Part shown: in pieces, positions 27,587-41,684 of the stretch
How the letters are laid out: the number at the start of each line of letters is the position of its first letter
Numbering within the stretch: the first letter of the stretch is position 1
Made by a program: the position numbers and the translations under genes
The notes under the pieces: generated by a model
Database searches by the model: none
Seen by the model: only the letters and a program-made list of their open reading frames with translations
What the model was told of the DNA's origin: nothing
Assembly (NCBI GenBank): GCA_951406725.2
Contig: OX597825.1
Span: forward strand, 59,272,001-59,336,000
DNA from: Octopus vulgaris
Taxonomy: Eukaryota
Length of the DNA: 64,000 bases
Direction of reading: 5' to 3'

Positions 27587-28877
27587 GCACTTATACATAT
27601 GCGCTCACACACGCACATCCAAGTATATGGGTATATATGTGCAACTAGATACATGCACGTATCCACACATATTGACGAATACATACATACATACATATAT
27701 GTATAGGAACTCATATATACAGGCACACACGCTCATGTATACATAAATATATGCACATAGCGTAGGTAAATATGTGTTTAAATTCATATGTAATGTGAGA
27801 TACAGATGTCTGTGCAAAGTTTGACACATGCACATGTGTTAATACACTCGCATATACAAATAAATAAATATATACACGCACATACATACATATAGAGATA
27901 GACACACACAGATACATATATGCATGGGTATACACATATAAACATATGCCTGTGTACACATATACACACATTCATATTAATATATACATACACCTAAAAA
28001 AAATGCAAATGCGCACCAATAGGGATGTATCTCTACATGTATATCTCTACACGTATATACATATACACACACGTACACATATATGCACCTACACACACAC
28101 ATGTACATATACATACATATACATATATATACATATATACACACACACACATATATATGTATATATATATACATATACATATATACATATACATGCATAC
28201 ACACACAGATATACATACATACACACACACACATATATATATACATACATTTATGGATCTAGATGGTCAGATCATATGTCAAATACAGGGTATTCAAATA
28301 TGGTTCCTCAAGTTCATGTGTATTAAAAGTTGTGGGCACCATGTTTATATCAAGCTATGTATGGTCTGTATTGTAGTGTGTAAATGTGTGTTTAGCTGTG
28401 TGTAGGCATCTGGGTAATTCGTCATTGAGTTAATTTATAATGCACTCCTTTGTCAACATTATCGAGAGTGACTCCTAGGAGCATAATTGGCATTTGCGGG
28501 ATACAGTGTTGTAGGGACTTGCATGTCTAAGTATGGACCATGTAAAACTGTATTTTGTCTTTGCTTCCTTAAGTCGCCAGATAAAATTGGCCAATGATGT
28601 TACATGTTGTTTGAAGATATTTCAAAAGCTGGCGATGTAGTTGCGGTATCAATTTTTGAAAAAAATCAGCTGATGCCCTGATATATATGTAAGGGCCTCT
28701 TTGAGTGTTTATAGTGCACTTGTATACAACGTTCTTAGTCATACATTGGTTATCCAAAGGGCAATTGGATCTATCTCTGCATGAGCATAATGGTTTGACT
28801 TTGGTGGTTTGTGTTCATCAAGCGCTGGAGGGATTGGTTCTGTTTGGTATTTTGGTTGTCACTATTATCGTTTCATA

Positions 28878-29757
28878 CCAGCCAGGACTGTCTAACATCA
28901 AGAATACACCTCTTGTAGATCCATGTAATGTCCTATTGCGCCCTTTGCACATAAAGCTTGGACTGATGAAACAATTTGTGAAGACACTGGGGAAGAGGGT
29001 ATATTTTAGAAAAGTTACCCAAAATTATACAGGCAAAGTTGAAAGTGAGTATCTTTGTTGGAACCCAAATTAGAGAAGTACACAAAGATGTCAACTTCAA
29101 GACAACATTGGATGAACTGGAATTGCCTGCCTGAAATGCTTTCAATTGGATCTGTAAGAATTTCTTGGGACACAAGAAGGCAATGGACTACAAGGATGGC
29201 ATCAAGAATCTTCTGAATTGTTATTCAGCAATGGGTTGTCACATGTCACTGAAAGTTCACTTCTTGGACTCCCATTAGAATTTCTTTGCAGATAACCTTG
29301 GAGTAGTGTCTGATGAACATGGTGAGAGATTTCACCAGGACATTAGTGGTATGGAGAAATGGTACTAAGTCTTCTGGAATGATAGTGTGCTGGCTGACTA
29401 CTGCTGGACTCTTTACCATGATCAAGCAGATGAGAAACACTACAGGAAATCCAGATCACAATGTTTCTAACTCTGTTGTTTTAACTTTGTTTTGTCTGAC
29501 CAATTTTTTGTGTATTCACTCTTTGAGAATGATGGTGATGATTTTTAACTCAATAAACTCAATTACTTTCTAAAGTATTTATTACATTAATGATTTCATA
29601 TATATACAATTATGTAAATATTTGCATGTATCTACTGAAAAACAGATACATGTTGCATACAAATGGAGTGAAACTTTGAAATCGGCATGAAAAATTAGTC
29701 TAAAAACTTGGTTTGTATTCGTAATGTGTAAAATACATTTATTTTTGTTGACCAGCA
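28878..29757 (+). pseudogene. CMC/Chapaev3-like DNA transposase C-terminal remnant with right terminus
   Basis: PLVDPCNVLLRPLHIKLGLMKQFVKTL...IFVGTQIR...MGCHMSLKVHFLDSH*NFFADNLGVVSDEHGERFHQDI...LADYCW; ends TTTTTGTTGACCAGCA. Family assignment is from memory of the motif. Confidence 0.75.
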
Positions 29758-29769
29758 TAATAATAATAA

Positions 29770-30342
29770 CCACAGACATGACAAAGTTGGGACCTCTATA
29801 CACTGGAAGCTATGCCAACACTCTGGAATGACAACTGTAAAAGATGGTATAGGCACACCCTAGAAAAGGTCTCAGAAAATAATAAAACAACCATACTCTG
29901 GGATATGCCAATACATAGAGATAGAGAAATCAAGGGTAATAGACCAGATATAGCTGCAAGAGATTACCAAGAAAAAAATGCCTTCTAATTGATATATCAA
30001 TTACAACTGATGACAATGTATCTCTAAAGGAAAGGGAGAAACTCTCAAAATACAAAGATCTGGAAATAGACGTAACCTGAATGTGGAGCCTAAAAGCAGA
30101 AACAATCCCTATGATAATAGGTGCATTAGGTATAGTTAAAAACATTCAGACAAATACATAACCAAAACATTAGGACTTATGAATGTATATAGCATATAGA
30201 AAACAACACTAGGTAGGCACTGCAGATGACACATCCTACATAAAGCACTTTCTGTATAGTGAAAACAAACCACAGCGCATACCCAAGGAACACAGAGCTA
30301 TGCTTGGTTGTGCAGTGAAAACAATAAAAATAAGACTGCTAA
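29770..30342 (+). pseudogene. R4/Dong-clade non-LTR retrotransposon 3' end (restriction-like endonuclease) between (TAA)n tracts
   Basis: HRHDKVGTSIHWKLC...WYRHTLEKVSENNKTTILWDMPIHRDREIKGNRPDI...CLLIDISIT...EKLSKYKDL...IPMIIGALG. Confidence 0.9.
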
Positions 30343-30376
30343 ATAATAATGATAATAATAATAATATTAATAATAA

Positions 30377-30932
30377 ATGCCCTGATGCAGTACCAGGCAG
30401 TGGCTCTCATAGCTTCTGATCTTAACTAATTGGAAGTGTTATCTTGTACATTGTTTTGTCTTAGTATAAAAGATGGGCTACAGTAAATATTCTACTCAAT
30501 ACCATAGATTAGCTTGTCAGTTGTTTGACCTTAACCAGTTGAGTATGTCCCTTGGTGGCTGACATTATGTATTTCTCTGATCACGAGCAGAAGTAGTGGG
30601 GGAGCATCATAGCCATGTGTCCAGAGGGATTCTTTGGGGTTTGAATAATTCACCTCTGGAAACATGGGTGTTTCGTTCAACATCCTTAAACAACCCTTAT
30701 TCAGGGACCTTTTGAGTGGGATGGGTTACTCGACCAGAAGAAAATTCTAACTGGGCCCCAGCTGCAAGGTCATGTGCTATTTATCTTGATATGAGATCAC
30801 CATGTTGTGCACATATGGTTGTGATGTATGTACCTAGTGTACCCTTATCAGACGGGTAATCATGATGGGTATACTGGGCTTCGTATATTTTACCCCAGTG
30901 TCACTTTGATGGCATGAACTGCTCTCTCACTC
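30377..30932 (+). mobile_element. Unclassified ~555-bp insert bounded by (TAA)n on both sides
   Basis: Complex, GC-richer sequence between two TAA tracts and between two Dong fragments; no ORF recognised. Confidence 0.5.
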
Positions 30933-30965
<33 letters not shown>

Positions 30966-30966
<1 letters not shown>

Positions 30967-31284
30967 GAATGATAGCAAAAGGGGCTGATCGCTACCTATC
31001 TCAGATACCAGGAAACCCCAAAATGGCAGAAATTCAAAAGATAGTGCTCATGGGAACTGCTCATATCCTACACTAAATACTTTCTATGTAATCTCAAGTT
31101 TTAAAACAAACATAATTTTCGTTTTTTTTTTTTTGAGATTCACTAATACAATACTAAATACAAAACCAAATATATGGCACACTAGGCATAACAACATCAC
31201 AAACTTCCAACCTGTTGTCTCTTGAGGTCTCAGGGTGAGACTTGGAGCCAACTTGTACAAATATAAAGCAAAAGTCAAACATAG
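30966..31284 (+). pseudogene. Second, distinct R4/Dong 3' end between (TAA)n tracts
   Basis: GMIAKGADRYLSQIPGNPKMAEIQKIVLMGTAHILH*ILSM*, then a 3' UTR and (TAA)n. Confidence 0.8.
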
Positions 31285-31344
31285 AATAATAATAATAATA
31301 ATGATAATAATAGACACACCTACCCCCCACCCCACAATATATAT

Positions 31345-32656
31345 ATATAGAACTGATAAGATAGCTTTCATGTGCGGCAGATGCACAGGGACAATAGACA
31401 CCACAAATACTCAGAAAACAGATTCCATCACACTCCAGGGGAGAAACTAGAAGTAGTCGATAGTTTCCGCTACCTGGGTGACCAGGTTAGTAGTGGAGGT
31501 GGATGCTCAGAGAGTGTCACCACTAGAATACGAATAGCCTGGTCAAAGTTTAGAAAGCTCTTGCTCCTACTGGCGACAAAGGGTCTCTTGCTCAGAGTGA
31601 AAGGTAGATTGTATGATGCATGTGTGCGAACTGCCATGCTTCACGGTAGTGAAACATGGGCCGTGACTGCAGAGGACATGCGTAGACTTGAAAGAAATGA
31701 AGCTAGCATGATCCGCTGGATGTGTAATGTCAGTGTGCATGCATGACAGAGTGTAAGCACCCTAAGAGGAAGGTTGGACATAAGAAGCATCAGATGTGGT
31801 GTGCAAGAGTGACGCTTGCGATGGTATTGTCATGTACTGCGGATGGATGAGGAGAGATGTGTGAAGAAGTGCCACTCCCAAACAGTTGAAGGAATCAGGG
31901 GGAGAGGTAGACCCAGGAATACATGGGATGAGGTAGTCAAGCATGACCTCAGAGTGTTGGGCCTCACCGAGGCAATGGCGAAGGACTGAGATCTCTGGAG
32001 ATATGCTGTGACTGCAAAGACCCGGGCTGCTTCCTGCACCGGGCCTCACTGAGGCAATGGCAAAGGACTGAGATCTCTGGAGATATGCTGTGACTGCAAA
32101 GACCCGGGCTGCTTCTTGCACCAGTTCCGCATAGCCCCTGCCCATTCAAAGTACCTTGGAGTCCAGAACATCCCGCTGTGCTTGAGGAGACCTGTTGAGT
32201 CAAGTACATGAACATGAACATCGAAATAAATATCAATGGAAATAGTAGTTGTGATACCTGTGCCGGTAGCACATAAAAAGCACCATCCGAATGTGGCCGT
32301 TGCCAGCGCCGCCTCGACTGGCTTCTGTGCTGGTAGCACATAAAAAGCACCATCCGAACGTGGCCGATGCCAGCGCCGCCTTGGCTGGCTTCCGTGCCGG
32401 TGGCACGTTAAAAGCACCAACTGATCGTGGCCGATGCCAGACTCCCCTGGCACCTGTGCCAGTGGCATGTAAAAAGCACCCACTACACTCATGGAGTGGT
32501 TGGCGTTAGGAAGGGCATCCAGCTGTAGAAACACTGCCAGATCCAACTGGAGCCTGGTGCAGTCCCTGGCTTCCCAGACCCCGGTCGAACCGTCCAACCC
32601 GTGCTAGCGCGGAAAACGGACGTTAAACGATGATGATGATGATGATGATGATGATG

Positions 32657-32657
<1 letters not shown>
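31345..32657 (+). mobile_element. 5'-truncated RTE LINE: ORF C-terminus plus repetitive 3' UTR and (GAT)n tail
   Basis: EKLEVVDSFRYLGD...RIRIAWSKF...LYDACVRTAMLHGSETW...RLRWYCHVLRM...GRGRPRNTW; ~80-bp tandem duplication at 31960-32121. Confidence 0.92.
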
Positions 32658-32687
<30 letters not shown>

Positions 32688-33203
32688 TGTTTGTGTGTGT
32701 GTATGTGTGTGTATGTGTGTGTATGTGTGTATGTATGTATATTTACAATAAACATAAGAGAGATTAGGTTAATAGTCAAGAAAATTATTATTTACCACAA
32801 TAACAACCACAACAACTTATCTGAGATGTTTTTGATAGTAATTTCCCACAATATGAATTCCAAGATATTTTACTTAACCTGATTGACAATAGCCACATTG
32901 CTTTTTCCTGCCAATAATAATTTCTTTTTTTATTATCAATGGTAATCTTAGTGGTTCTGGTTTGGTGGAATATTATCCATTGTTTGTCAATATTAACACA
33001 GATTGGAATCACTATAGCAACATCAGACTTGATTCCCAGCCAATCAGACATTTTATTGATGAAGTGTTTTTTTTCCGTTTTGTTGACTTATTTAGTGTAA
33101 TTCAATATTCTCAAATGAAGAAATGTCAATGCCATGACCATCTAGTTGTAATTCTCTTTTATATGTGAAAATGCCTTGACCTTGAAACCTAATTTTTTTT
33201 TTT

Positions 33204-33825
33204 AGGTGTGGCTGTGTGGTAAGAAGCTTACTTCCTAACAATATAGTTCCGGGTTCAGTGCCACTGCGTGGCTCCTTGGGCAAGTGTCTTCTACTGAAGC
33301 CTTGGGCTGACCAAAGCCTTGTGAGTGGATTTGGTTGACAGAAACTGAAAGAACTGGCAGAAACGTTAGCATGCCAGGTGAAATGCTTAGCGGTATTTCG
33401 TTTGCCGCTATGTTCTGAGTTTAAATTCTGCTGAGGTTGACTTTGCCTTTCATCTTTTTGGGGTTGATTAAATAAGTACCAGTTATGCACTGGGGTCGAT
33501 ATTATCGACTTAATCCATTTGTTCTTGTTTGTCCTCTCTGTGTGTAGCCCCTTGTGGGCATTAAAGAAATAAGAAACTGAAAGAAGCTTGTTGCATATGT
33601 GTGTGTGTGTGTGTGTGTTTGCACCCCCCCTCGTAGTTAGCGATGGTTTGTTTATGTCCCTGTAACTTAGTGCTTTAGCATAAGAAAACAATAGAATAAG
33701 TAGCAGGCTTAAAAGGAAAGAAATATGCACTGAGGTTGATTCATTCAACTAAAAATTATTCAAGGCGGTACCCCAGAATGGCCATGGTCTAATGGCTGAA
33801 ACAAATTAAAGATAAAAGAAAGAAA
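33204..33825 (+). mobile_element. Family A SINE with a nested family B SINE (33354-33571)
   Basis: TSD AGAAACTGAAAGAA at 33340-33353 and 33572-33585. Confidence 0.88.
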
Positions 33826-33880
33826 AAAGATGTATTAATGACAAGTTGAATAGTTTTAATTTAATTAATTTCCCAATTAA

Positions 33881-34656
33881 CCCATTTGTTACCATATTCC
33901 TGTTAAAATATACTGCTACTGCTTCAACTAATTCTGAAAATAATAAAGACTTTAGTGAAGTATCTTTGTCATAATTAATCCTTTTGTTACCATATCATCA
34001 TCATCATCATTGTTTAATGTTCGTTTTCCATGCTAGCATGTGTTGGACGATTTGACTGAGGACTGGCAAACCAGATGGCTGCACCAGGCTCCAATCTTGA
34101 TCTGGCAGAGCTTCTACAGCTTGATGCCCTTCCTAACGCCAACCACTCCGAGAGTGTAGTGGGTGCTTTTACGTGCCACCGGCATGAGGGCCAGTCAGGT
34201 GGTACTGGCAACAGCCACAAAAAAATTGTGCTTTTTTTTACGTGCCACCTGCACACCGGCACAAGTGCCAGTAAGTTGACGCTGGTAAGGGTCACGCTCA
34301 AATGGTGCTTTTTACATACCACTGGCACGAACACCAGTTAGCCACTCTGGCAACGATCACATCCGAATAACTAAGATGGTGCTCTTAGTAATTGAGAGAA
34401 ACACAGAGCATCTCAAAAGAAATACAGTAACAAAAGGGTTAAACCAGCCATATCTGGATCGAATACTCTTATCTGTTTCATGTTTAAATCAGCTAGATCC
34501 AATAGTCTCTCACATCTAACCTGCAATATCATTCAAAAAATAAACATTCACATTATTGAAATCTCAAAGCTATGAGATAAAATACCTGACTAATTCAAAT
34601 CAATGTGAATAAATAAGCATTACATTTGATAGAAAAATCTGAATGCTAATGTGTTA
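33881..34656. mobile_element. Stacked piggyBac-type MITEs at TTAA sites, interrupted by an RTE tail
   Basis: TTAA|CCCATTTGTTACCATATT ... AAATACAGTAACAAAAGGG|TTAA (33881-34438); second left end near 33974; adjacent unit ends AATGCTAATGTG|TTAA. Related right end at 38760-38818. Confidence 0.65.
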
Positions 34657-34950
34657 AGGACTGACTTGCACAAGTAATTAGGAATGCTCAATGTTAACTG
34701 ATTCCCCAAATAAAACTGGAACTAAATTCAATAAAGGACAAAATGAGCAAATATTTTAACTGAGATGAAACCTTGAAAGTTATTGACTGCCCTTTATGGC
34801 TGCACGCAGGCAGGCATGCTGGATGTCCTTCTCTCTTATTTATTTAATTACTCCATAAACATTTAGCATGACAGTATAGAATTTCCTATATTTTAGAGGA
34901 TAAAAGGAATCTAAAACTACCATAAGAATTACATATAATTTCCTAACTTC

Positions 34951-35515
34951 AAGTACATCAACATCAAAATAAATATCAGATGGAAATTGTAGTTGTGATA
35001 CCTGTGCCGGCGGCACGTAAAAAGCACCATCCGAATGTGGCCGATGCCTGCGCCGCCTTGTCTGGCTTCTGCACTGGTGGCACATGACCTGCTGTGCTTG
35101 AGGAGACCTATTGAGTCAAGTACATCAACATCAAAATAAATATAAAATGAAAATTGTAGTTGTGATACCTGTGCTGGTGGCATGTAAAAAGCACCATCCG
35201 AACGTGGCTGATGCCAGCGCTGACTTGACTGGCTTCTGTGCTGGTTGCATGTAAAAAGCACCAACTGATCATGGTTGCTGCCAGCCTCCCCTGGCACCTG
35301 TGCTGGTGGCATGTAAAAAGCACCCACTACAGTCATGGAGTAATTGGCGTTGGGAAGGGCATCTAGCTGTAGAAACACTGCCAGATCAGACTGGAGCCTG
35401 GTGCAGCCTGCTGGCTTCCCAGACCCTGGTCGGACAGTCCAACCCATGTTAGCACGGAAAACGGACGTTAAATTAAACGATGATGATGAACATGATGATG
35501 ATGGTGATGATGATG
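34951..35515 (+). mobile_element. RTE 3' UTR copy with internal duplication
   Basis: Matches 32200-32657; flanked by AAGTACA on both sides. Confidence 0.85.
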
Positions 35516-35694
35516 AAGTACAAGTTTATAATACTGGATCTTGGTGAGTTAATTAGAGATATTGCTTCCATGTCTTTTACAAAGCATTTATTTGGTTCAA
35601 ACGATGAACTTGGCAATCAGTAGGTCTTTATTCTGATTTTATAATGTCAATTTCGAGAAGTTTCTATGTCTTTCAACCACTTTTTCTGTCTCTC

Positions 35695-35931
35695 TACTCT
35701 TTTTACTCTTTTACTTGTTTCAGTCATGTGACTGTGGCCATGCTGGAGCACCGACTTTAGTCGAGAAAATCGACCCCAGGACTTATTCTTTGTAAGCCTA
35801 GTACTTATTCTATCGGTCTCTTTTGCCGAACTGCTAAGTTACGGGGATGTAAACACACCAGCATCGGTTGTCAAGCGATGTTGGGGAGTACAAACACAGA
35901 CATACAAACATATACACACATACATACATAT

Positions 35932-35987
<56 letters not shown>

Positions 35988-36150
35988 GATGGGCTTCTTT
36001 CAGTTTCCGTCTACCACATCCACTCACAAAGCTTTGGTGGGCCCGAGGCTACAGTAGAAGACACTTGCCCAAGGTGCCACACAGTGGGACTGAACCCGGA
36101 ACCATGTGGTTGGTAAGCAAGCTACTTACCACACAGCCACTCCTATGCCT
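35695..36150 (-). mobile_element. Family A SINE, full length
   Basis: Reverse-complement similarity to 6864-7272. Confidence 0.9.
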
Positions 36151-36608
36151 ATCAGATACTTATTACTTTTCACTTTTTACTTAGTGATAATGATGATGAT
36201 AATGATGATGATGGTGATGATGATGTTGATTTGTGAATTCAGCAGTATTTAATTTCAATTGAAAAATTCTTTATTTATGCCTTAGAACAGCAATAGGTAT
36301 TTCTTAATAATTAAAGTGAGTTTCTGATATTTTAGGTGGTAATATAATTTGTAGTAATTCCATTCTAAAACTCCATTACAACTCAGTATGGAGCCTGTTG
36401 AAAAAGTATCTAAAACTACCATTAATATTACATATCATTTTCCAACTTCAAGTGCAAATTAATAAAGCAGGATCTTAATGAGTTCATTAGAGACAGTACT
36501 TCCAGAAGTCTCTTATAAAGCATTTATTTAACTCAAACGATGAACTTGGCAAATTTCCTTTCTAATGTAAGCTAAAAATTTTGTCTTTAATAATGGATGT
36601 TCTTCCAA

Positions 36609-36771
36609 AGGTGCAGGAGTGGCTGTATGGTAAGTAGCTTGCTAACCAACCACATGGTTCCAGGTTCAGTCCCACTGTGGATATCTTGGGCAAGTGTCTT
36701 CTACTATAGCCTCAGGTCGACCAAAGCCTTGTGAGTGGATTTGGTAGACGGAAACTGAAAGAAACTCGTCG

Positions 36772-36802
<31 letters not shown>

Positions 36803-37680
36803 TCATCACCATCATCGTTTAACGTCCGTTTTCCATGCTAGCATTGGTTGGATGGTTCGACTGGGGTCTAGGAAGCCAGGAGGCTGTACCAGGCTCCAGT
36901 CTGATCTGGCAGTGTTTCTACAGCTGGATGCCCTCCGTGCGTGTAGTAGGTGCTTTTTATGTGCCACCGGCACAAGGAACAGAGGAGGCTGGCAAATGGC
37001 GACGATCGGTTGGTACTTTTACGTGTCACCGACACAGACGCCAGTCAGGTGGCGCTGGAATCAGCCACGTTCGGATGGTGCTTTTTACGTGTCACTGGCA
37101 TGGGTATCTTAACTACAATTTCCATTTTATTTTTATTTTGATGAGGATAAGGATGATGATGATGATGATATATATATATATATATAATAAGCTTTTTTAA
37201 AACCTGTGATAAGACTGTGCATCATCATTAAAGAACTTTGGAAGTCCGCTTACAACCTGAAATTATCTCCGATACTTCATGAGTGTAGCCTCACCCACTA
37301 AGATGTTTGGAGAACTCATATGTGTTTTAGCTGATGAGTATGGGACACTTGTATTTGCTGCAATATTTGCAGCTTTTAATAAAGCCTGTCTTTGTATGAA
37401 ACAATTGTACTAAAAAACTAATCCATTCTTGTTGCTTTTTTCTCGTTTATATTTATATATATGTATGTGTGTGTATATGTTTGTTTGTCTGTGTCCCCCA
37501 ACATCGCTTGACATCGATGCTGGTGTGTTTACGTCCCTGTAACTTAGCAGTTCGGCATAACAGACCACTAGAATAAGTACTAGGCTTACAAAGAATAAGT
37601 CCTGGGGTCGATTTGCTCGACTAAAGGCAGTGCTCCAGCATGGCCGCAGTCAAAATAACTGAAATGAGAATAAAAGAATA
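36609..37680 (+). mobile_element. Family A SINE split at its internal (TA)n by an RTE tail and a hammerhead-bearing element
   Basis: 5' half at 36609-36775 and 3' half at about 37460-37680, collinear with 6864-7272. Confidence 0.75.
37325..37415 (+). ncRNA. Type-I hammerhead ribozyme, core intact
   Basis: TTTTAG-CTGATGA-GTATGGGACA-(loop)-TGTCTTTGTAT-GAAAC-AATT-GTA-CTAAAA; 6-bp stem I, palindromic loop 3, G-U-rich stem II. Confidence 0.8.
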
Positions 37681-38012
37681 ATATGATATTAAAAATCTGT
37701 ATTACATCAGAAGGTGCTCCAGAATTAATCATTAACATTAAAAGAACACTCTATGTTTTAATCTTTACATCATGAACCTAGGGGGTGCGGGCAGAGTCTT
37801 ACATTTTCACTTAAACTACTTGAAATGGCAGGCAAATCACACTTAAGTTATGACCTACTATCTTAAAAATTGAAATACACATTGGATTATATAGTGCTAG
37901 ATACATCATGGTCACAGCTAAGATGCCCCTCAATCATAGATCTGCTCAACTGAGATGGAATAAACAGCATTTATGACTGATTGTTCTCATCCTCTGTATG
38001 GAGAAGTAGTTG

Positions 38013-38059
<47 letters not shown>

Positions 38060-38510
38060 TGCATCAGTATCATCAGCATCATGGTTTAACATCCTCCTTC
38101 CATGCTGGCATGGGTTGGATGGTTTGACAGGAACTGGCTAGGCAGGACCCTGTGCCATGCTTCTGTGTCTGTTATAGCATGGTTTTTGTTTTTTAAGGCT
38201 ACTCCGTTGAGTGGGCTGAGTGCTTTTCACATGGCACAAGCACAGGTGAGGTCAGTTTTGGCAAGGTTTTTACAGCTGGATGCCCTTCCAAATGCCAACC
38301 ACTTTATAGTGTGGATTCCGTGCTTTTTAAGTGGTACCTGCACTGGCAGGGTCATCTGGTAACATCTGGTAACAAGGAATCTTTGAGAGGGGAGGAGGTA
38401 CTGGAGGAGGTGATCTTGTGTCAGATGATGAAAGGTTAAAGTGTGACACAGAGACAGAAATAGATGCCTTGCTGCAGAGGAGGTACATGGTTAAGACAGC
38501 CAGATAGAAG

Positions 38511-38574
<64 letters not shown>

Positions 38575-39305
38575 GATAGAGAGAGAGAAAGAGAGGGAGC
38601 ATTACTAACCTGGCTGAAACTGGCTCTGGATCTGTAGTACAAATGTCTTGTTTTTATAAGCTTTGAATTAAAATCTTTCACCAAATCTTAGTCACAATTA
38701 ATGTTCCTAACACTAGATTAATGACAACTAAGTTATTTTAGTAAATTCTTTGTTATATTTAAAATAATTGAGAGAAAAACAGAGAATCTCAAAATAAATA
38801 CAGTAATGAAAGGGTTAACAAAAACGAGGGCAGAAACAGGTGTGCTGCTGAAGAAGAGGAACATGGTTACCTAGAGAGAGAGAATGGGATTTAACAAGGT
38901 AAGTATATAAAATTAATCGAAATTATTGTCATTACATGATTTAATACAAAGTTTATCTAGAGGTCAAATGTTATCATAGGTGCACTAAGGCCATGGCTGA
39001 AATGCTTTTAATCATAGATCTGCTCAATCAGGATGGACTAAACAACAATAATGATTGATGATTGTTCACATCTTCAGTGAGAAGAAGTGGTTGCTGTCAT
39101 TATCATCATCATGTTTTAACATCTACTTTTCCACGCATGGTTGGGTCAGTCAGAGTTTATTGAGACACATTTTCCATGGCTGGCTGCCTTTCCTGTTACC
39201 AGTTCTCACCTGCTTTAAAGTAAGGTAATATTTCCCCATGCCCAGACATGTCCTTGCAGAATATTGTTAGATGGAAACTGAAAGAAGCCTGTAATATATA
39301 TATAT

Positions 39306-39637
<332 letters not shown>

Positions 39638-40032
39638 GTCATCACCACGACGACCACCATCATCACAACTGCCACCACCACGGCCACTAACACCACCACC
39701 ACCACCACCACCACCACTACCACCACCACCACGAGTTCGAGAGAGAGGAAAAGAATATAAGGAATAACAAAAAATAACATGGATTTAGTTCCCGATCAAT
39801 ATTATGAGTCTGACGCTCGTGTGTGCTTGTATGTATGTATGTATGTATGTATGTATGTATGTATGTATGTATGTATGCATTTATGTATGTATGTATGTAT
39901 GTATGTATGTATGCATTTATGTATGTATGTATGTATGCATGTATGTATGTATGTACGTACGTATGTACATACACACACATTATATATACCTTATATATAT
40001 GTATGTATATATATGTATGTGTGTATATATAT

Positions 40033-40103
<71 letters not shown>

Positions 40104-40744
40104 CATATATATATACATATATATACATATATATATATACATGCTTGCGTGTGTGTGTAAAATGCAGAGAAAGCGAATACAAGAGACTCTGAAAAACGGT
40201 GAGGGGATTGCCAAAGCAATGTCAGATATGTTGGCCTGTTGCCATTTCCTGTGCAACTATTTCATTATTTCATTAGTGAAGAATGATTCGAAACAACTTC
40301 TGAATTTGCTAGATCTGATAATTCTTCTTTTTCTTGTCTTTTATTTTCTTGAGTGAGAGCAGAGAACTGTTGCTGATGTTGTTGTAGTTGTTGTTGCTGT
40401 TGGTGGTGGTGGTAATTTAGTAGATATGCTATGGGTGTGGCTGGAAGTATTAGACAGATCGTAGATTAGAAGAACGACGAGGTAATCGATAGAGTTGCGG
40501 GTGAGGTCAGCAAATGTTTAACGAAGGCATTAAGAGTAATGATTCTTAATTTTTTTTCACTTTTCAAGGTCTCTTTATGTTTAAGCGAATATATCCTCGA
40601 CCTCCAGGCGCATGAAGGGCCTGTCTACTCCAGGGGTGTAAAATCCGTTTGACTTTGCGGGGGCCGGATTGAAGCTTAAACTACATCTAGTGGGCCGAAG
40701 AGAGACAATTACTCTTCAAATTTCATTCATGATGTAAAATAAAT

Positions 40745-41130
40745 TTGCTTACCAGCCACATGGTTCCGGGTTCATTCCCACTGCGTGGCATCTTGGGCAA
40801 GTGTCTTCTACTACAGCATCGAGCCGAACAAAGCCTTGTGAGTGAATTTGGTAGACGGAAACTGAAAGAAGCCTGTCGTATATATGTGTATATATATGTA
40901 TATGTATATATATGTGTTTGTGTGTCTGTGTTTGTACACCCAACATCACTTGACAGTCGATGGTGGTGTGTTTACGTCTCCGTAACTTAGCGGTTCGGCA
41001 AAAGAGATTGATAGAATAAGTACTAGGCTTCCGAAGAATAAGTCCTGGGGTCGATTTGCTCGACTAAAGGCGGTGCTCCAGCATGGCCGCAGTCAAATGA
41101 CTGAAACAGGTAAAAGAGAAAGGAGAAAGA
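40745..41130 (+). mobile_element. Family A SINE, slightly 5'-truncated
   Basis: Similarity to 6864-7272. Confidence 0.9.
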
Positions 41131-41652
41131 GAAAAAAAGTTAATATATTCTATAAACTCTTTATATAGAATAAAGAAAGGGAGGGATGTAAGTTTGTGTG
41201 TTGAGATGTGGAGGGAAAATTCATCCGGGTGGTATACATACAGTCCTGCGTGTATACCATTCATGCTCGGAGGGGCTGTAGTAGATTAAAATGACCCTAA
41301 AAGTGATGAAAGACAATGTCAATCGACGGCGAAATTTAGACTCAGAACATAAAGGGTCCTACACAAAAATTACAAAGTAGTTTGTTTGGTGCCCAACCGT
41401 TTCTGCCATCCCCATTGCCCCAATGATCATCATACAACTAAAACAGTTGTTTCTCATATGGGTACAGGGCCGGAAAATTGGAGGGGGAATAGTTGATTAC
41501 CCTAGTAGTTGACTGGTACTTATTTCATCGACTCTGAAAGGATGAAAGGCAAAGCCGACCTCTTCAGAATTTTAACTCAGAACATAAAAATGAACAAAAT
41601 GCCGTTAAACATTTTGTGCAACGTGCTAGCGATTCTGCCAGCTCGCCCCTTA

Positions 41653-41684
<32 letters not shown>

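Noticed and set aside
32255-32485. CRISPR-like spaced repeats GTGCCGGTGGCACGTAAAAAGCACC
   Set aside because: The spacers are related to each other, the array is part of the RTE 3' UTR seen in many copies, there are no cas genes, and the context is eukaryotic.
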